The notes under the pieces: generated by a model
Databases searched by the model: none
Seen by the model: the letters and a program-made list of their open reading frames with translations, nothing else
Told to the model about the DNA's origin: nothing
Part shown: positions 1 through 7,134 of the stretch, in pieces
How positions within the stretch are numbered: the stretch's first letter is position 1
How the letters are laid out: the number at the start of each line of letters is the position of its first letter
Source of the DNA: an uncultured bacterium
GTDB lineage: Bacteria; Schekmanbacteria; GWA2-38-11; J061
Length of the DNA: 19,215 bases
Assembly: GCA_964549305.1 (NCBI GenBank)
Contig: CAZJVM010000002.1
Location: 27,930-47,144, forward strand
Direction of reading: 5' to 3'
Position numbers and translations under genes: made by a program

Positions 1-342
1 TATGACAGGGTTTATGAGGCAAATTTTAAAAGCCGTTTAGGCAAACTTCAGGGAATGGATTTGGGAGATATAATGAAACTCGAGGTTCAAATGTTTCCCG
101 CAATGGGCTGGAAGATATGGATTGAAGAAAAAGAGGAAGACGGTGAAATGGCATATTATGAGCATCTTGGGCATTGTCCTCATTTAGAAGCGACAAAAAA
201 ACACAAACTTCCTCTTCCCTGTGCCATTGTATGCGATATGGACTGTAAATACGGCGAAAAATATAAAATCGGTAAGTGGGAGAGACTCAAACATATGCCT
301 TCGGGCGATGATGAGTGCTGTTTTAAAATAAAAAAGGCGTAA
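1..342 (+). CDS. 5'-truncated Cys-rich protein, ATC-hydrolase (L-2-amino-thiazoline-4-carboxylate hydrolase)/V4R-like family
   Basis: Frame 1 is open from base 1 (YDRVYEANFKSRLGKLQG precedes Met at 55), so the true start probably lies outside the window. The pattern HCPH...PCAIVCDMD...R-x4-PSGDDECCF resembles the CP...C-x3-C-x2-D...G-x3-C-x-F signature of this family. Confidence 0.55.
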   Translation, partial: YDRVYEANFKSRLGKLQGMDLGDIMKLEVQMFPAMGWKIWIEEKEEDGEMAYYEHLGHCPHLEATKKHKLPLPCAIVCDMDCKYGEKYKIGKWERLKHMPSGDDECCFKIKKA

Positions 343-348
343 TAAAGG

Positions 349-2343
349 TTATATAATCTTTTTGAACTTGTAGTCCTTTACAAGCTCAAAGACTTTTGCA
401 TCGATAAAAAGCTTCACTAGATAAGGGTCAAGTTTTTTGTCTTTTGCTTCAAAAAGAAGAATATCGAGAGCTTTGTCAACTACCACCGCTTTTTTATAAG
501 GCCTGTCTGCTGCAGTAAGAGCGTCATATATATCCGAAATCGTAATAAGTCTCGACTGAAAGGGTATTTCTTTGTAATCGATGTTGCGGGGATATCCTTT
601 TCCGTCAAGCTTTTCATGGTGACTGTATGCAATTTCGGGAATTCCTTTCAACTCTTTTGTCCAGGGGATTTTGCTTAGAAAATTAAAGGTATGCGTTACG
701 TGCGATTCAATTTCTTCTCGTTCTTCTTCCGTAAGACTGCCTTTTTTTATGCTTAAGAAATGAAATTCCCTTTCTGACAGTATAATGATTTCCTTTCCCT
801 GTTTATCTACATATTTTTTGTTGATAAGTTTTGCAAGCTCTGCCGAACTTTCTTCAGGTAGAATTGAAGGTTCATCTGAACTCTTTATTATCGAAAAATA
901 ACGATTCATCTTCTCTGTTTCTCTTCGAAGTTCAGTATCGAGAGATTGAATGTACTCTATATCTCTGTCCTTTATTTCTTTTTTAAAATACTGGGACTTC
1001 CTTTCGGTGTAATCTTTTTCAAGGGATTTTTTTATAAAGTCGAACCTTTGTTTAATGATATCGATTTCAAGAGGATATAGTTTTTTTGCCTTTACAAGCA
1101 CATTTTCGCGAACGCCAACTTTGCCGAAATCATGGAGCAGGGTTGCGTAGCGAAGTTCCTTTATCTCATCGGTGCTGAAGTTGATATGTTTGTATTTTCC
1201 GCTATCGAGATTGTTGAGAATTTCTGCAAGTCGAACCGTAAGGATTGCAACTCTTTCGGAGTGTCCTGATGTAGTGGGGTCTCTTTGTTCAATTGCCGTT
1301 ACGGAAGCTTTTACGAATCCTTCGAATAAGTTCTCAATATTTTTGTATAGAATATTGTTTTCAATGCAGACTGCCGCCTGGCTTGCAAGGGAGTAGATTA
1401 TTTCCTGACTCTCTTTAGAAAATGGAATAACCTGATTTTGCACAATTGTGGGAGATGAGAGTTTCTTTTTAAAATCCCTTTTTCGGTTGATTAGCTGAAG
1501 AACGCCGGTTATTTCCCCCGCATGGTTTCTCATAGGGACCACAATCATTGATTTTGTCCTGTAGCCGGTGCTTTCATCAAAATTGTGGTTAAAGGAGTAC
1601 GGGGAGTTGGAGCGGATTGAATAGACATCTTTTAAGTTTAAGGGTTTTCCCGTAATTGCTACATAGCCGGCAAGACTCTTCTTGTTAAAAGGAAGTTTCT
1701 GGTCGAGTACATTTTCAAGTGAAAGAGTTTCATTTTGCGCAAGTTTAAACTTGAGAAATCTTTTTCCGTCATCACCTTCAACAAGGTAGAGACTCCCCGC
1801 GTCTGCAGAGGAAATTTCTCTGCACTTCTTTAGTATTTCGTTTAGAAGTTTGTCATAATTCCTTTCCGATGAAAGCGCAGTGCCAATTTTATTTACTTCC
1901 CGAAAATTATTTTCAAGTTCTTTGTACTTCTTTTTAAGTTGAGTATTGTTGTTTTCAAGTGTGAGAGTTCTGATGCAGTTTTCCATTATTTTGGAAATTT
2001 CTTCATCACTGTAGGGGGGATAAATAAAATAATCGAAAGCTTTCAAAATGTTTTTGTCATTCAGTCGCAGAGAGCTTTTGTTGCCAGCAAATATGACTAT
2101 CACAGGTTGTTTTTTGTTAGAGGAAACTATTTTTTTGAGATACCTGGAAAACTTGGAAATCTTGTTTGAAAAAACTATAACGGCAGGGATGCCGCTTATA
2201 AAAATATCGTTTATTTCTTCAGCCGATGTAAAATGGTGAAAATAAAATTTAGAAGATAAGGTTTTTCTTTTTACAAAATCAGAAAAAGCGCTTTTTCCCT
2301 GACAATATATTGGCAGATTACTTTTTTTTATTATTTCTTTCAA
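349..2343 (-). CDS. GAF + HD-GYP cyclic-dinucleotide phosphodiesterase with an N-terminal degenerate receiver-like domain
   Basis: HD-GYP motifs: RDPTTSGHSERV, LLHDFGK, HHEKLDGKGYP, ISDIYDALTAADRPYKK. GAF motifs: ADAGSLYLV, SLAGYVAITGKPLN, TGYRTKSMIVVPM, GVLQLIN, LASQAAV. The TTG start has no clear SD, so the start is uncertain. Confidence 0.92.
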   Translation of the reverse strand: MKEIIKKSNLPIYCQGKSAFSDFVKRKTLSSKFYFHHFTSAEEINDIFISGIPAVIVFSNKISKFSRYLKKIVSSNKKQPVIVIFAGNKSSLRLNDKNILKAFDYFIYPPYSDEEISKIMENCIRTLTLENNNTQLKKKYKELENNFREVNKIGTALSSERNYDKLLNEILKKCREISSADAGSLYLVEGDDGKRFLKFKLAQNETLSLENVLDQKLPFNKKSLAGYVAITGKPLNLKDVYSIRSNSPYSFNHNFDESTGYRTKSMIVVPMRNHAGEITGVLQLINRKRDFKKKLSSPTIVQNQVIPFSKESQEIIYSLASQAAVCIENNILYKNIENLFEGFVKASVTAIEQRDPTTSGHSERVAILTVRLAEILNNLDSGKYKHINFSTDEIKELRYATLLHDFGKVGVRENVLVKAKKLYPLEIDIIKQRFDFIKKSLEKDYTERKSQYFKKEIKDRDIEYIQSLDTELRRETEKMNRYFSIIKSSDEPSILPEESSAELAKLINKKYVDKQGKEIIILSEREFHFLSIKKGSLTEEEREEIESHVTHTFNFLSKIPWTKELKGIPEIAYSHHEKLDGKGYPRNIDYKEIPFQSRLITISDIYDALTAADRPYKKAVVVDKALDILLFEAKDKKLDPYLVKLFIDAKVFELVKDYKFKKII

Positions 2344-2362
2344 AGCAGGTTCTTTACTTAAA

Positions 2363-2375
2363 AATTGACTTTCAA
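2363..2375. promoter_or_regulatory. Putative operator, copy 1 (AATTGACTTTCAA; contains the ATTGA-N3-TCAAT dyad at 2364-2376)
   Basis: 12/13 identical to 3239-3251; lies 19 nt upstream of the HD-GYP start codon. Confidence 0.35.
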
Positions 2376-2386
2376 TGTGAACGGAA

Positions 2387-3220
2387 TTATAAAATTATTT
2401 CCATTCCTTCCTGTGCGGCAAAAGTATTTGGAAACTCTTTTTGTGCGTCTGCTTCGATTTTATCTATCGTTGCGTCATCGTGTTCCTGGTCATGGTGAAA
2501 AAGAATGAGCTTTTTTATCTTTGCCGCTTTTGCAAGCTTAACTCCCTGTTCCCACGTTGAATGTCCCCAGCCCGTTCTCGGAAAACCTTTTTCTCCGGAA
2601 TATTCTTCTTCAGTGTAATTTGCATCATAAATCAGGACATCACATCCTTTAGCAAGATTGTAAACCGATCTGTCTATGCAATTGAAATGTTCGGTGTCCG
2701 TGGCGTAAACGAAGGATTTCTTGTTGAATTCGATTCGGTAGCCCATGCAACCGTTGGGATGGTTAAGCCTTCCCATAGATATCTTCATTCCGCTGTCTTT
2801 AATGACGTCGTTCTTGCTTATTTCCTTAAATTCTATATGGGCATCCATTTCATCGAGGCTTACGGGAAAGTAGGGAAACATCACCTGTCCCGAAAAGAGA
2901 TGTTCAAATGAGTATGAAAGCTTTGATTCACCATATAAGGTAATTTTAAATTTTTTGTTGTAAACAGGGAGAAAAAAAGGAAAGCCCTGTATATGGTCCC
3001 AGTGAAAATGAGAAAAGAGAAACTTTATATCATAGGCTTTTCTCCGAAGAATTTCTTTTCCAAGTTCTCTAAGTCCGCTTCCCGCATCGAGAATATATGT
3101 TTTCTTCCCGCATCTCACTTCGACGCAGGGAGTATTGCCGCCGTATTTAACGGTAGATTTTCCGGGTACGGATATGCTTCCTCTTGCCCCCCAGATTTTT
3201 ATCCTTAATTTATTGCTCAT
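2387..3220 (-). CDS. MBL-fold metallo-hydrolase (PhnP/RNase Z-like, COG1235-type; probable phosphodiesterase)
   Basis: Motifs WGARGS, YGGNTPC, DAGSG, SHFHWDH (HxHxDH), LNHP, YATDTEH, GWGHS, LFHHD. SD AGGAGA on the minus strand at 3227-3232. Confidence 0.9.
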   Translation of the reverse strand: MSNKLRIKIWGARGSISVPGKSTVKYGGNTPCVEVRCGKKTYILDAGSGLRELGKEILRRKAYDIKFLFSHFHWDHIQGFPFFLPVYNKKFKITLYGESKLSYSFEHLFSGQVMFPYFPVSLDEMDAHIEFKEISKNDVIKDSGMKISMGRLNHPNGCMGYRIEFNKKSFVYATDTEHFNCIDRSVYNLAKGCDVLIYDANYTEEEYSGEKGFPRTGWGHSTWEQGVKLAKAAKIKKLILFHHDQEHDDATIDKIEADAQKEFPNTFAAQEGMEIIL

Positions 3221-3238
3221 TAGCTTTCTCCTATTTCG

Positions 3239-3251
3239 AATTGACTTTGAA
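3239..3251. promoter_or_regulatory. Putative operator, copy 2 (AATTGACTTTGAA)
   Basis: Near-identical to 2363-2375; lies 18 nt upstream of the MBL ATG and overlaps the predicted +1 (~3247) of the extended -10 promoter. Confidence 0.35.
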
Positions 3252-3253
3252 CA

Positions 3254-3262
3254 ATTATATCA
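3254..3262 (-). promoter_or_regulatory. Extended -10 promoter (TGnTATAAT) for the MBL/HD-GYP unit
   Basis: The minus strand reads TGATATAAT at 3262-3254, a perfect consensus. Predicted +1 near 3247 leaves room for the SD. Confidence 0.55.
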
Positions 3263-3273
3263 GTTAATTAAAA

Positions 3274-3302
3274 ATCATATCTGATGGCAATTTATTTTTC
3301 AA
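3274..3302 (-). promoter_or_regulatory. Second sigma70-like promoter for the MBL/HD-GYP unit
   Basis: Minus strand: TTGAAA (3302-3297), 17-bp spacer, TATGAT (3279-3274). Confidence 0.45.
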
Positions 3303-3323
3303 TTTCTTTTTAGGGAGAGTGGA

Positions 3324-3803
3324 ATGATAAAAGTTCTTATTGTGTACCATTCAGTGAGCGGAAATACGGAAATGATGGCAAAGGAGGTTGCAAAGGGTAT
3401 CTCGGAAAACGGCGCGGAGGTTGAAGTTAAAAAAGTTGAAGATGCCGAAGTGGATGAACTCCCCCGATATGACGCGCTTATACTCGGTTCACCTAATTAT
3501 TTTGGTTCAATGTCTGCAGAAATAAAACAGTTTATTGACAAGTCGGTAAAATATTTCAAGAAGCTTGAATGGAAGGCAGGTGCTGCATTTACATCAACTG
3601 GTATGCAGGGAGGAGGCGGTGAGCTTGTGCTTGTTGACCTGATTAAAGCATTGATGATTCACGGGTTTGTGGTAAAAGGAGAACCGTCGGCAGGGCATTT
3701 CGGTCCTGTCGCAATAGGAAAACCCGATGACACTATTTTATCAGAGTGCCGGCTTCTTGGAGAAAAAACGGTAAATCTTATCAAACGGATTAAGAGTGAG
3801 TAG
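3324..3803 (+). CDS. Flavodoxin-like / WrbA-family FMN-binding NAD(P)H oxidoreductase
   Basis: FMN phosphate loop YHSVSGNTEMMA, LGSPNYFG, AFTSTGMQGGGGE. SD AGGGAG at 3312-3317. Confidence 0.85.
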   Translation: MIKVLIVYHSVSGNTEMMAKEVAKGISENGAEVEVKKVEDAEVDELPRYDALILGSPNYFGSMSAEIKQFIDKSVKYFKKLEWKAGAAFTSTGMQGGGGELVLVDLIKALMIHGFVVKGEPSAGHFGPVAIGKPDDTILSECRLLGEKTVNLIKRIKSE

Positions 3804-4548
3804 CGCGTTTAAGAAAAAATCAAAAAAAAATCTGCCTGAAACAATATTGTCAATAGATACTTCTGCCAAGAGAGGGAGTATTGCTCTTTTTATCCCCTCG
3901 ACAGGCGAAAAAACCGAAATTGTGCCGGATATGGGAAAGGTTCATGCCGAAACTATTCTTCCGTCTATTGATTGCATCCTTGATAAGAGTGGATTAAAAA
4001 TAGAGGATATTGATTTAATTGCAGTTGCCATAGGTCCGGGGTCTTTTACGGGATTGAGAATAGGAATAGCTACTGCTAAAGGATTAGCCGCTTTTTCGCG
4101 TATTCCCGTTAAAGGCATATCAACTCTTGAAGCACTTTCACTGAGAAACGAATTTAAAGGAAGAACCGTATGCCCTTTTATTGACGCAAGAAGATCTGAA
4201 ATCTATTATGCCATTTTCGAAAGCGATAGCAGAGGCATGCTGAAAAAAATCCACAAAGAATCTTGTGGGCCCGTTAACGTTTTTTTTGAACTGGTAACGG
4301 GGGAAAAAAATGTCGTTTTGACAGGCGATGGTATAGACAAATATGAAAGCGAAATAAAAAATCTGTTTGGAAATAATGTTTCTCTGGCGCCGAAAAAAAT
4401 AAGATATCCAAATGCTTCTTCTATTGCCGAGATCGCTTTTGAAAAAATAAAAACAGGTGATGGCTATGATAAGGTTGCTTCTGTTTCGCCGTTCTATATA
4501 AGGGCGTCAGATGCGGAAGAAAATGAAATCAGACCAAAAGGCAAATGA
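3796..4548 (+). CDS. tsaB: tRNA t6A37 threonylcarbamoyltransferase complex dimerization subunit TsaB
   Basis: ILSIDTS, HAETILPSI, GPGSFTGLRIG, IDARRSEIY, C-terminal PFYIR. The GTG start overlaps the upstream gene by 8 nt. Adjacent to rimI. Confidence 0.93.
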   Translation: MSSAFKKKSKKNLPETILSIDTSAKRGSIALFIPSTGEKTEIVPDMGKVHAETILPSIDCILDKSGLKIEDIDLIAVAIGPGSFTGLRIGIATAKGLAAFSRIPVKGISTLEALSLRNEFKGRTVCPFIDARRSEIYYAIFESDSRGMLKKIHKESCGPVNVFFELVTGEKNVVLTGDGIDKYESEIKNLFGNNVSLAPKKIRYPNASSIAEIAFEKIKTGDGYDKVASVSPFYIRASDAEENEIRPKGK

Positions 4549-5003
4549 AAGTTTCAATATGTCATATGAGCGAAAAAGATCTTTCTGCTGTTTTGGCTAT
4601 AGAGAAGGAATGTTTCAGCCGGCCGTGGACTGAAGAAATGTTCCTTTTTGAATTGGAAAGAAACCGGGTGTCACTGACCTATGTGGCAAGATTGAATGAA
4701 AATTCCAAAACATGCGGATATATTTGTATATGGTTTCTTCCCGGTGAAGCACAAATTATTAATGTGGCAGTGCATCCGGAATATCAGGGCAGAGGAATAG
4801 GCAAAAAGCTTTTGGACTTTGCTATTGATAAAATCGTTTCGAAGAAAGTAAAAGAAGTTTTCCTTGAAGTACGCGTTTCAAATGCTACGGCAATACATTT
4901 GTACGAGAAAGCAGGTTTTATACAAATAGGTAAAAGAAGAAAATACTATTCCGACACGGGAGAAGATGCGTTTATTATGAAAAAAGACTTATTAATCAGT
5001 TAG
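4545..5003 (+). CDS. rimI: Ribosomal protein S18-alanine N-acetyltransferase
   Basis: IEKECFSRPW, NVAVHPEYQGRGIG (acetyl-CoA motif), LEVRVSN, RRKYYSDTGEDA. ATGA overlap with tsaB. Confidence 0.93.
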   Translation: MKVSICHMSEKDLSAVLAIEKECFSRPWTEEMFLFELERNRVSLTYVARLNENSKTCGYICIWFLPGEAQIINVAVHPEYQGRGIGKKLLDFAIDKIVSKKVKEVFLEVRVSNATAIHLYEKAGFIQIGKRRKYYSDTGEDAFIMKKDLLIS

Positions 5004-5022
5004 TTGTGTGATTTTTATTTCC

Positions 5023-5051
5023 TTGATATTTTAAAGTTATTTTGTTAAAAT
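5023..5051 (+). promoter_or_regulatory. sigma70-type promoter of the DUF465-ilv-leu operon
   Basis: TTGATA (5023-5028), 17-bp spacer, TAAAAT (5046-5051), with an extended-10 TG at 5043-5044 and an AT-rich upstream tract. Confidence 0.6.
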
Positions 5052-5125
5052 CGAGTTGATGATTAAATCCTGTTTGCGAAGAGGAAAATAAGTTTTAGTT
5101 AATTTTTTTGGAGGGCTTGTCTACT

Positions 5126-5356
5126 ATGATTGAGAGAGATAGTCTTATCAAATCATTGCAGGAAAACAACGAAGAATTTAAGAATTTGCAGAAAAAACAC
5201 ATTGAATATGAAGCAGAACTTGAAAAGATTGCAGAAAAAAAGTTTCTTACGCCCGAAGAAGAAATCCAGAAAACACAACTAAAAAAGCTCAAACTCGTTG
5301 GCAGAGACCGCATGGAAAGTATAATCAGAGAATTCGGAAGCAAGCCAACGGTCTAA
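5126..5356 (+). CDS. DUF465 (YdcH-like) small coiled-coil protein
   Basis: NEEFKNLQKKHIEYEAELE...LTPEEEIQKTQLKKLKLVGRDRM matches the DUF465 pattern (F..L...H......I...LKK.KL..KD). ATG 5126 is preferred over TTG 5108 because GGAGGG (5109-5115 region) sits upstream of it. Confidence 0.8.
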   Translation: MIERDSLIKSLQENNEEFKNLQKKHIEYEAELEKIAEKKFLTPEEEIQKTQLKKLKLVGRDRMESIIREFGSKPTV

Positions 5357-5457
5357 ATCCAATACAAAGAAAAAATTCATAATTATATCCGCTCACAGAT
5401 ATATGTAAAAGTGTCCGCATATTTTTTATTTTTAAAAACGTCACACGGAGAAGTGTA

Positions 5458-7110
5458 ATGAAAAGCAATGAAGTGAAAAAAGGAGTAGAAAGAGCACCCC
5501 ATAGGGCGCTTTTCCACTCTACGGGAGTAAGAAAAGGGGATTTTAAAAAACCTTTTATCGGGGTAGTTTCAAGTTTTACGGATTTAATTCCTGGGCATAC
5601 CGGAATGCGGGAGCTTGAAAGATTCGTAGAAAATGGCGTTCATTCCGCCGGTGGATATCCTTTTATTTTTTGTGTCCCGGGAATTTGCGACGGTATTGCA
5701 ATGGGGCATAAGGGAATGAGTTACTCGCTGCCATCGAGAGAACTTATTGCTGATATGATTGAATCCGTTTCTACGGCGCACTGTCTTGACGGACTTGTCC
5801 TTATAACTAATTGCGATAAAATAACTCCCGGAATGCTTATGGCGGCTGCAAGGCTGAATATTCCATCTGTGGTATTGACTGCGGGACCGATGATGACAGG
5901 CCGTTTGCGCAAAAAAAGGCTTTCCCTTGTAAGGGATACTTTCGAAGGTGTTGGAAGGTGTAAGAGTGGAGAAATTTCCATATCGGAGCTCGGACGACTT
6001 GAGATGGAAGCTTGTCCCGGACCGGGTTCCTGTCAGGGACTTTATACGGCAAATACAATGGCATGCCTTACCGAGACATTGGGAATGTCCCTTGAGGGAT
6101 GTGCAACGGGGCTTGCCGGACAAGCGAAAAAGAGAAGACTCGCTCTCGATAGCGGTGAAAGAGTGGTGGAGCTTGTAAAAGAAGGAATTACTCCCAGAAA
6201 GATTCTTAATTCAAAAGCTTTTCGGAATGCCATTGTTGTGGACCTGGCGCTTGGCGGCTCGACAAATACCACCCTTCATCTTCCCGCAATTGCAAATGAA
6301 GCGGGAGTAAAATTTTCTCTCGAGGAGTTTGATAAGTTGAGCAAAAAGATTCCACATATAACAATGCTCGAGCCCGCGGGAGAACACTATATGGAAGATC
6401 TCGAGTATGCTGGAGGCATTACTGCAGTTTTGCACACCTTGAAAGACAAATTGTATGACAATATTACCGTTTCCGGACGTACTATTAAAGAAATAGCGAA
6501 TTCCGGAAAGGTTTTCGATAGCGACGTGATAAGGCCTGTAAAAAAAGCATATCACAGTGAAGGCGGATTGGCGGTTTTAAAAGGTTCCCTTGCTCCTGAC
6601 GGGGCAGTGGTTAAACAGGGAGCAGTGACGGAATCGATGATGAAGTTCAAAGGTAAAGCAAGGGTTTTCAACTCTGAAGAGGATGCAATAAAAGCGATTG
6701 TCGGAAAGAAGATCAAAGCGGGAGATGTAGTCGTTATTCGTTATGAAGGTCCCAGAGGCGGACCCGGAATGAGAGAAATGTTGCTCCCTACTGCCTCACT
6801 TATAGGAATAGGACTCGGAAACAAAGTTGCTCTTATAACAGACGGACGTTTTTCCGGCGGAACACGCGGTCCGTGCATAGGGCATGTATCTCCCGAAGCG
6901 GCAAGCGGGGGCCCAATCTGTGCTGTTAAAAACGGTGATATAATATCGATCGATATTCCGGGACGGAAAATTGATATTCTAATCAGTAAAAGTGAACTTA
7001 AGAAGAGGATAAAAAAAGTGAAACACCCTCAACCAAAAGTTACTGACGGATATCTTGCGCGGTATGCAAATCTTGTTCAATCGGCAAATACGGGAGCAGT
7101 AGTGAAATAG
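5458..7110 (+). CDS. ilvD: Dihydroxy-acid dehydratase
   Basis: [82 protein letters not shown] at 5447-5450. Confidence 0.98.
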   Translation: MKSNEVKKGVERAPHRALFHSTGVRKGDFKKPFIGVVSSFTDLIPGHTGMRELERFVENGVHSAGGYPFIFCVPGICDGIAMGHKGMSYSLPSRELIADMIESVSTAHCLDGLVLITNCDKITPGMLMAAARLNIPSVVLTAGPMMTGRLRKKRLSLVRDTFEGVGRCKSGEISISELGRLEMEACPGPGSCQGLYTANTMACLTETLGMSLEGCATGLAGQAKKRRLALDSGERVVELVKEGITPRKILNSKAFRNAIVVDLALGGSTNTTLHLPAIANEAGVKFSLEEFDKLSKKIPHITMLEPAGEHYMEDLEYAGGITAVLHTLKDKLYDNITVSGRTIKEIANSGKVFDSDVIRPVKKAYHSEGGLAVLKGSLAPDGAVVKQGAVTESMMKFKGKARVFNSEEDAIKAIVGKKIKAGDVVVIRYEGPRGGPGMREMLLPTASLIGIGLGNKVALITDGRFSGGTRGPCIGHVSPEAASGGPICAVKNGDIISIDIPGRKIDILISKSELKKRIKKVKHPQPKVTDGYLARYANLVQSANTGAVVK

Positions 7111-7134
7111 AAGCACTTTATTTGAGGATAAGGA

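Noticed and set aside
1172..3208. Several + strand ORFs of 62-116 aa inside the HD-GYP and MBL genes
   Set aside because: Fully or largely antisense to well-supported genes, with no motifs or RBS.
5095..5343. 82-aa minus-strand ORF
   Set aside because: Antisense shadow of the DUF465 gene. Its Ser/Phe/Leu-rich composition mirrors Glu/Lys codons on the coding strand.
5381..5400. TATCCGCTCACA (5386-5397) is a 12-nt exact match to part of the E. coli lac operator
   Set aside because: The dyad symmetry needed for LacI-family binding is missing, there is no LacI gene or vector sequence nearby, and a single 12-mer match can arise by chance.
5357..5457. Search for a T-box or classical attenuator before ilvD; ACAC-GGAGAA-GTGT mini-hairpin around the SD; ATG-TAA at 5403-5408
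   Set aside because: There is no T-box consensus, no BCAA-rich leader peptide and no GC stem with a U-tract. The 4-bp stem is too weak to call.
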